Shown: piece by piece, positions 57,993 through 64,000 of the stretch | Layout of the letters: each line of letters opens with the position of its first letter | Position numbering within the stretch: position 1 is the stretch's first letter | Origin: Catajapyx aquilonaris | Taxonomy: Eukaryota | Assembly: GCA_000934665.2 (NCBI GenBank) | Contig: JYFJ02001050.1 | Span: 1-64,000, forward strand | Reading direction: 5' to 3' | DNA: 64,000 bases | Program-made: the position numbers and the translations under genes | Notes under the pieces: generated by a model | Seen by the model: the letters and a program-made list of their open reading frames with translations, nothing else | The model's database searches: none | Told to the model about the DNA's origin: nothing

Positions 57993-60900
57993 TCAGGTGG
58001 CTGCGTTTGCAACCGGAGACTGACTGCCTGAAGACGTGGGGGAAATAAAGGGCAGATTCAGGGGCGGGTTGGGGAGCGTCGGGGAACTGGAGGCGGAGGA
58101 GCCGTCGTTGGGTGCATTGCCGCCATCGCTGGAGCTGCACCGCTTCAGGTGTGTCCTCATGTTGCTGGACTGGCTGAACTTGAGCCCACAGTTTGGGCAG
58201 ACATATGGCTTCAGCCCAGTGTGGTAGTTCATGTGCGTCTTCAGGTGGTGGTTCTTGGTGAAGGCTTTTCCGCACTGGTTGCACTGGTACGGCTTGATCC
58301 CAGAGTGAAGCCGCTGGTGCAGCATCATGTTGCTGCGGTCTGCAAATCGCTTACGGCACACTACGCACTCGTAGGGACGCTCCCCAGTGTGGGTGCGCAC
58401 ATGCTGCTTCAACAGCATCTTGCGGCTGGGAAACAAATTGAGTCATAAGTTGGGGGGAAATCCACCAAGGCTATATTCTATAATTATTATGTAACAGACA
58501 GGTATTACCTGCACGGCCACAATTGAAACAATAATTTAATAGCATTTATCTAGTGTCGTTCTGGCAGCTTTTTAAAGGACATGAAGAGAAAACGATTGCT
58601 TATGATGCTTACACAATCAGTTTTAAGTTGCATAACTAGGAAACACTGCGCTTCCTCTCTCATAACCACTTCCATATATATGATACTGTCTACGTTTCAT
58701 GTCAAAGTCGTTCTCACGGTGCACTTACAGAGGTGCCAAACATGCAATAATTACACTAACGCACATAACACATCAAGTCCATTACTTAGAACCATTGTGC
58801 TAGTTGTGAAACAGGAGGTCTGCAATAGTTATCTGGATGACCCTAATTTTTGCTCACAAAATAAACCGAGAGAAGCAGACAGAAGAATTGGACATCACTA
58901 AATCTACAGCCACGAAGTAATTAATATTTGAATGGTTTCAGAGACTCAGTAACAATTACAGCCTTGGTAAATCACAGCCGCTTTTAGTGCTTTTGGCACT
59001 ACTGCATCACTAATGTCCTTCTTAACCCATGTGGTAAGCAAATGAAGGCCTCATGTCGTATGATTTGATATGATATAACCTGTCATATCTGAAAAGTTAC
59101 GCGTAATAATTGGAAAACGAACCATTAAAATCAGTTGCTGAGTTTGAGCAAGGAAATTCTGCAGGTATCCCCTGGTTTTTTTTCTTCGTTTTGTTTTTCG
59201 CAATCTTGAAGCACAAGTTGGTGGGAAAAACAAGACATTTCATCATTCTGAGCACTCGCATAAAAACAAGCAGCATATAATACGATAATATATTATCAAG
59301 AGTATCATTACAGAGCTATGACGCATCCTGTCTGAATAATTGCAAGTGTGAGCTGGTGATAACTCTACGCATTACAATCCCACTGTCAAATCATAAAACC
59401 TAACATCATTCTGCAAACTGCGGTGATCTCCCAACTCAACAAACTGGAGAACAGAAATTTGCAATTTTTAAATCAATATTCAATATTAGATTCTGCATGA
59501 AAATTTTGCAAATTGTAGCACAATTGCTCATTATTTAATTGAGAGAATTCAGTAGACTGCATCGTAAATAGGGGATGCCCGCATAAAATAGAAACCATTA
59601 CAAAAATGTGTGAACTGGCATTTGCAGAAATATGAGTAACAGCAGCTAACGAAACAAATGGAGCTGCAAAATTGCGAAGCGAATGTAATATTTGCAGTTT
59701 GGGAATAAGAAGTTCAGGATGGCGTGGGATGATGCCATTCGATGGAGGCATTGTGTTAATATATCGTGGCAAGCAAGTGTGCAGTCTGAGTAAAAATGGA
59801 TACCCAGCATTAATTTATGTAGCACACATGTGCAGCCTGCCTTTCATGCGTCGTACCGCTCACATGATCTAGGGTAGGTTTCCAGTTGTTGCCTAGGTCA
59901 GGTTATGAAACAGCGCAAGTTGGCATATTTAAACCTTTTCACAGCCCAGGAAATTGCAGAAACCTGCTTAAAGTGCTCGGTGGTTGTGAATTCATGACAT
60001 CGTGATATTTAATCGGAATTATTGCAACATGTGAGCAATTTAGTAGCGTGTTAGCCACAGTGTGTTCAAGTAATTAATGTCACAAGGTCAGCCGACAGGC
60101 AAGAATCCCAGTTGTTGTCTAGGTCAGGTTATGCAAGCAGATCGTGATCAGCATTTTAATCGATATGTTACATACGAATAAACAGGTAGAGTAAAGAGGC
60201 CGCTAGTGAACCCATTTCCAAAGTATAACATGCATCATGGCTTTATCACATGTTGGCTAGGTCAAGTCACATAATGGAATTCATCAAGGCTGCGAAAAGA
60301 GATAGACACCTGCATGAAGCCATTTACTTCCCTGACATGAAAGCATTGCATAACGACTCTAGCTTTACGTCTCTCCCACTAAACAATTTGTTGGATAGGC
60401 CAGGTTGCGTAACGGTACGCAATTACTGAAGGACACTGCCGTTGGTATTCTGCTCACCTGAAAGCTTTCCCACAGGCAGGGTGTGGGCACCTGTGCGGTT
60501 TTTCCCCAGTATGTATCCTCAGATGCATGTTGTACGCCACCCTCTGGTTGAACCTCCGCTCGCAGTGAGGGCAGGCGTACTCTTTCAGGTCACGGTGAAT
60601 CTTCAGGTGACTGCTCAGGTAGCCCCGGTCGTTGAACGCCTTCCCACATTCGGGGCATGTTGCTGAGAACTCTCTGCTTCCCTCGTGCCTTGCACGGTGG
60701 TACCTAATATCGCAAGAAATAATTAATTACACTTCCAGCAGTAATTAACTGCAATTGAATGACCCAATAAAAGTGGGCTAAAGTACAAGGTAGTAAATTG
60801 AAATATCCACAAAAGAAAAATAATAATTTATGCTGCACCCCCAGCCATTTATATTACAAATGTGTAGATGTTGGGAGCCATGTCGGATGAATTCTAAATT

Positions 60901-63542
60901 ATGCAGCAGTTGGCTGCAGGTGTTGCTTTCTTTGCTCATTTGCAAGCAGCCTTATGTTGCCAATGCCAATGACTAGATTTGCCATGTACCTGAAATTTCT
61001 GGGCTGGCTGAAGCCCTTTCCGCAGTCAGCACACCAGAACCGCTTGTTGTTCTCTCCCTGATGCTGGGTACGCATGTGCGTCTTCAGAGATGCCTTGGAG
61101 CTAAACAGCTTCGGGCACTTTTCACACTTCAGATCTTTGGATGGATCGTTGGAGAGATCCGGCGGCACCTTCGGTGTTGCAATCACATTGTTGCGGGAGT
61201 GTAAAATCGCTTCGTTAAGCGCCACTATGTGCGGCTGGGCCGGAGGCAGCAAACTGGGAGGCCTCTGTGCCTTTTTGGGGGATGCGGTGCTCAGATCCAT
61301 CGCAGCAGGAGCAGCCACTTCAGGCGGTGCCTTGCGTATGACCCCGGTCCACTGCACTTCCCTGGGTGACAGTGTGACCTTACGGGGCAGTACATCTGAC
61401 TGCGTGTCCTCATCCGATTCCGAGGGTGGCCTGCGGAGAGCAGCCTGCTTCTTGGGAGGGCAGAGGACAGGTCGATGGCGCTGCGGGGGCTGGAGAGGAG
61501 GAGGTGGCGGTGGCGGGAAAGCCTTCAGGGGCTGCAGTGGAGCAGGGGGAGGGGGTGGGTGGGAATATGGCTGTGGCTCAGGGGGCGAATGCGGTGACAT
61601 GAGTGGAGGGTACCAAGAAGGACGCCTCCCTCCTTGCAGCAAAGCGGGCAGGAGCGGAAGCTGCTGTGGAACTGGTGGTGGCGGAGGAAGAGGAGGAGGA
61701 GGCGGCAGCAGGGGAGGGCCTATTGGTGGGGCTATTGGCGGGGCTATGGGAGGTGCAATGGGAGCTACAGGAGAAATGATGGGGTATGCCTCAGGGGGCG
61801 ACATTGGGGCAAGGGGAGACGGGGGCATGACTGGGGATGGGGGCATGACTGGGGACGGCGGCATGACTGGGGATCGCGGCATGTGCCCAGCGGTGTCAGA
61901 CATCCGCATCTCGGGGTCAACCTTGACCCCAAGGGCCTGGGCTGTCCTGCAGAACGCAGGCCAGTCCTCAGCGGCCAGTTCGACCTCCCCGCAATACAAG
62001 AAGCGGACCAGAGCAACGACATCGCAGTGCCGTGCTTCTTGCAGTATGATTGTTGCATGCTTGGTCGGAGTTTGCAGCAACACCTCCTGCAGAAAAAGAA
62101 TCAAATAATGAGATCCCTTGTTGCATCCCAACCTGAAGATTTTACAAGTCAGCATTACTCACTAATTATGAAATATGCAGGAGGCATAAAACAGTTTAAG
62201 AGTAATTACGCATTACCTCAGCCAACTGAACAAGTGCAGAATCATCTAAATTCAACGCCACTAATAAGCATAGTACTGAATGCTACTATTTTCATATTGC
62301 TTGCGCCATGGGGCGACACGGTGGCGGAGTGGTTAGCGCCGCAGCCTTCCACCTCTAAGGTCCCGAGTTCGATCCCCGGGTCGGACGGAGGATTCTTATG
62401 TGGATAGAGTTTCGACGGGTTCTCTCTGTATTCGCATGGGTTTTCTCGGGGTTCTCCCTTTTCCTCCCTCAATCAAAATCCATCACAGTGCAGGCAATGA
62501 TTAAAGTTGGTCAATTAAAAGACGATCCCCTAAGAGGCCCAAGGAGGCTTATCACGGGGTATCCATTATTATTATTATTATTGCTTGCTGCATGTCAACT
62601 GAACGGCAGTTCATAATTGGTTATGCACCAGAAAATTGCATCTGATTCTAATGATGGGCACTATTCAGATTGCAGTTGATTCACAGCTTCATAGGGCCAT
62701 CTTGGCTTATATAACTTGGTAGGGTATCTGACCATAAAATTGCGAAATGTACCAAGTCGCAGACCTAGATGATTGCATATCTCCAGTCAACACACCCTAA
62801 TTACATGTGGCATCCTCGCCTGTGTATCAGTAAGCTATAGGAGAAGACTACCCCACTACTTTTATCTATAAAAACGAGTGGCCCCCATATCATGTGCATT
62901 AAAGCGTATCAGGCAGCAAGTTCGGACAAAAAAATAATTAGCACGCTTGTGAATACCCTGGAAAAATCCAACGAAGCGGATAAATCCCCAACTTTGTTTC
63001 CCCCCCGTATTTTGAGTAGGCCGATCAATAAGTCATATCCGTTCTGATCCGTTCGTATAAGCCCACCCCAATCCACAGGTTCCATGCGGCAATATTGATC
63101 CAGCCCACTAGATGTCCCTGGGTGCACCTCAGGCATCGCACACACTGTACAAGGAGATTATAAATATATCTTTGCTAAAAAAGAAAAAAAGCTGTGTCCT
63201 TCGCTTGAGGAAGTCGGTGCAAACTGCAGGTCAGCGTCCAACCCAAGGTTCCACCCCCTGCGCCCCACCTAAGCCCCCCTACCACAATCCCTTTTAGACC
63301 AACATGCTCTCTGCACTTTCTCTCTGCACATTTTTTTTCCTCCAGCTTGTTCTGATCGAATTTCAGGTGTGTCGTACCCTGAGGTATGAGCTGCATGCGG
63401 CTAGAAGCAGACGATGAGCCCTGACGCTCCGTCCCTGGCAGCAGAGGGTCACGTCCACGAAAGCCTCGGTGGACAACAGACGCTGGAGAGACCGGACAAG
63501 CCCGGACTGGTGGTGTCTCCAGGACACACGAAGCATCGCCAT
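57993..63542 (-). CDS. BTB/POZ (tramtrack-type) + eight C2H2 zinc-finger transcription factor. Exons 63542-63378, 62086-60990, 60703-60458, 58425-57993
   Basis: LRVSWRHHQ..L.....[31 protein letters not shown]...LVRFLYCGEV; Pro-rich linker; eight CxxC..HxxxH fingers with TGEKP/TGERP linkers; splice phases are consistent. Confidence 0.93.
62311..62580 (+). mobile_element. tRNA-derived SINE with a V-domain-like core and (TTA)n tail, antisense within the first coding intron of the BTB-ZF gene
   Basis: A box tggcggagtgg, B box gttcgatcc, core gagttt...gttctc...cgcatgggttttctcgggttctcc..tttcctccc, TTA tail, and a 16-bp flanking direct repeat with 2 mismatches (62295-62310 and 62579-62594). Confidence 0.85.
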
Positions 63543-64000
63543 CTGTGGACATACACACATTAATACATGATACACCGAGATACATAGCCAGCCCCATGTA
63601 TACCAAGGGGTAACGAGGATCAATTAGGCCAGAATCTGATGTGGATGTTAAATTCTTGCGGTACAGCTTTTGTGAATGGATACATGGCTGGTATGAAAAT
63701 TTATAGAGCCGCCTTTCAGTCCGTCCGACTGGTTTTCCCCGACCTGCCTCAGCCCGTTTTCTAGTTACTGCATGCAGGTGATAATACAAACGAAACAGTA
63801 TTTGACTGTCAGGCTGATTATTACTACTTTGAGTTGTTTGTCACACACGCGGATACTGAACTGACAGCCAGATATCAAAGTGCAACATGGTATAGCACAC
63901 AGCAAGTGTCGCAGGTTATGCCCTTTTGAGACATGCAGGGCCAAGTGGAAAGTTGCACCGTGAAAGTAGGTTGTCCACCAGTTTTAAAAACGTGTAGGGA

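Noticed and set aside
62311..62385. tRNA gene
   Set aside because: It has A and B boxes but no proper acceptor stem or terminator and continues into a SINE body and tail

Overview
Eukaryotic animal genomic DNA, most likely an arthropod (tramtrack-type BTB, Limpet, GC-rich exons, many 50-65 nt GT-AG introns); no prokaryotic features. Positions 1-24 kb are gene-dense: NDUFV1 (partial), NUDT18, TMEM39, a YccV-domain gene, three tandem CFAP97/KIAA1430-cyclophilin fusion genes, an unassigned coiled-coil gene, WDTC1 and MTF-1. Positions 26-55.5 kb hold one Limpet (PET + LIM) gene with at least four candidate first coding exons and a 2.8 kb low-complexity exon. Positions 58-63.5 kb hold a BTB + 8 C2H2 zinc-finger gene with an intronic V-domain-like SINE. 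The strongest candidate novelty is the 5-16 kb cluster. Its three CFAP97-cyclophilin fusions have degenerate PPIase active sites, one copy appears to have gained a linker-histone (H15-like) exon and an acidic tail, and all four genes have RFX X-box-like motifs 65-115 bp upstream, which suggests a co-regulated sperm/ciliary module. All gene models were spliced by hand and all homology calls are from memory; no database searches were run.
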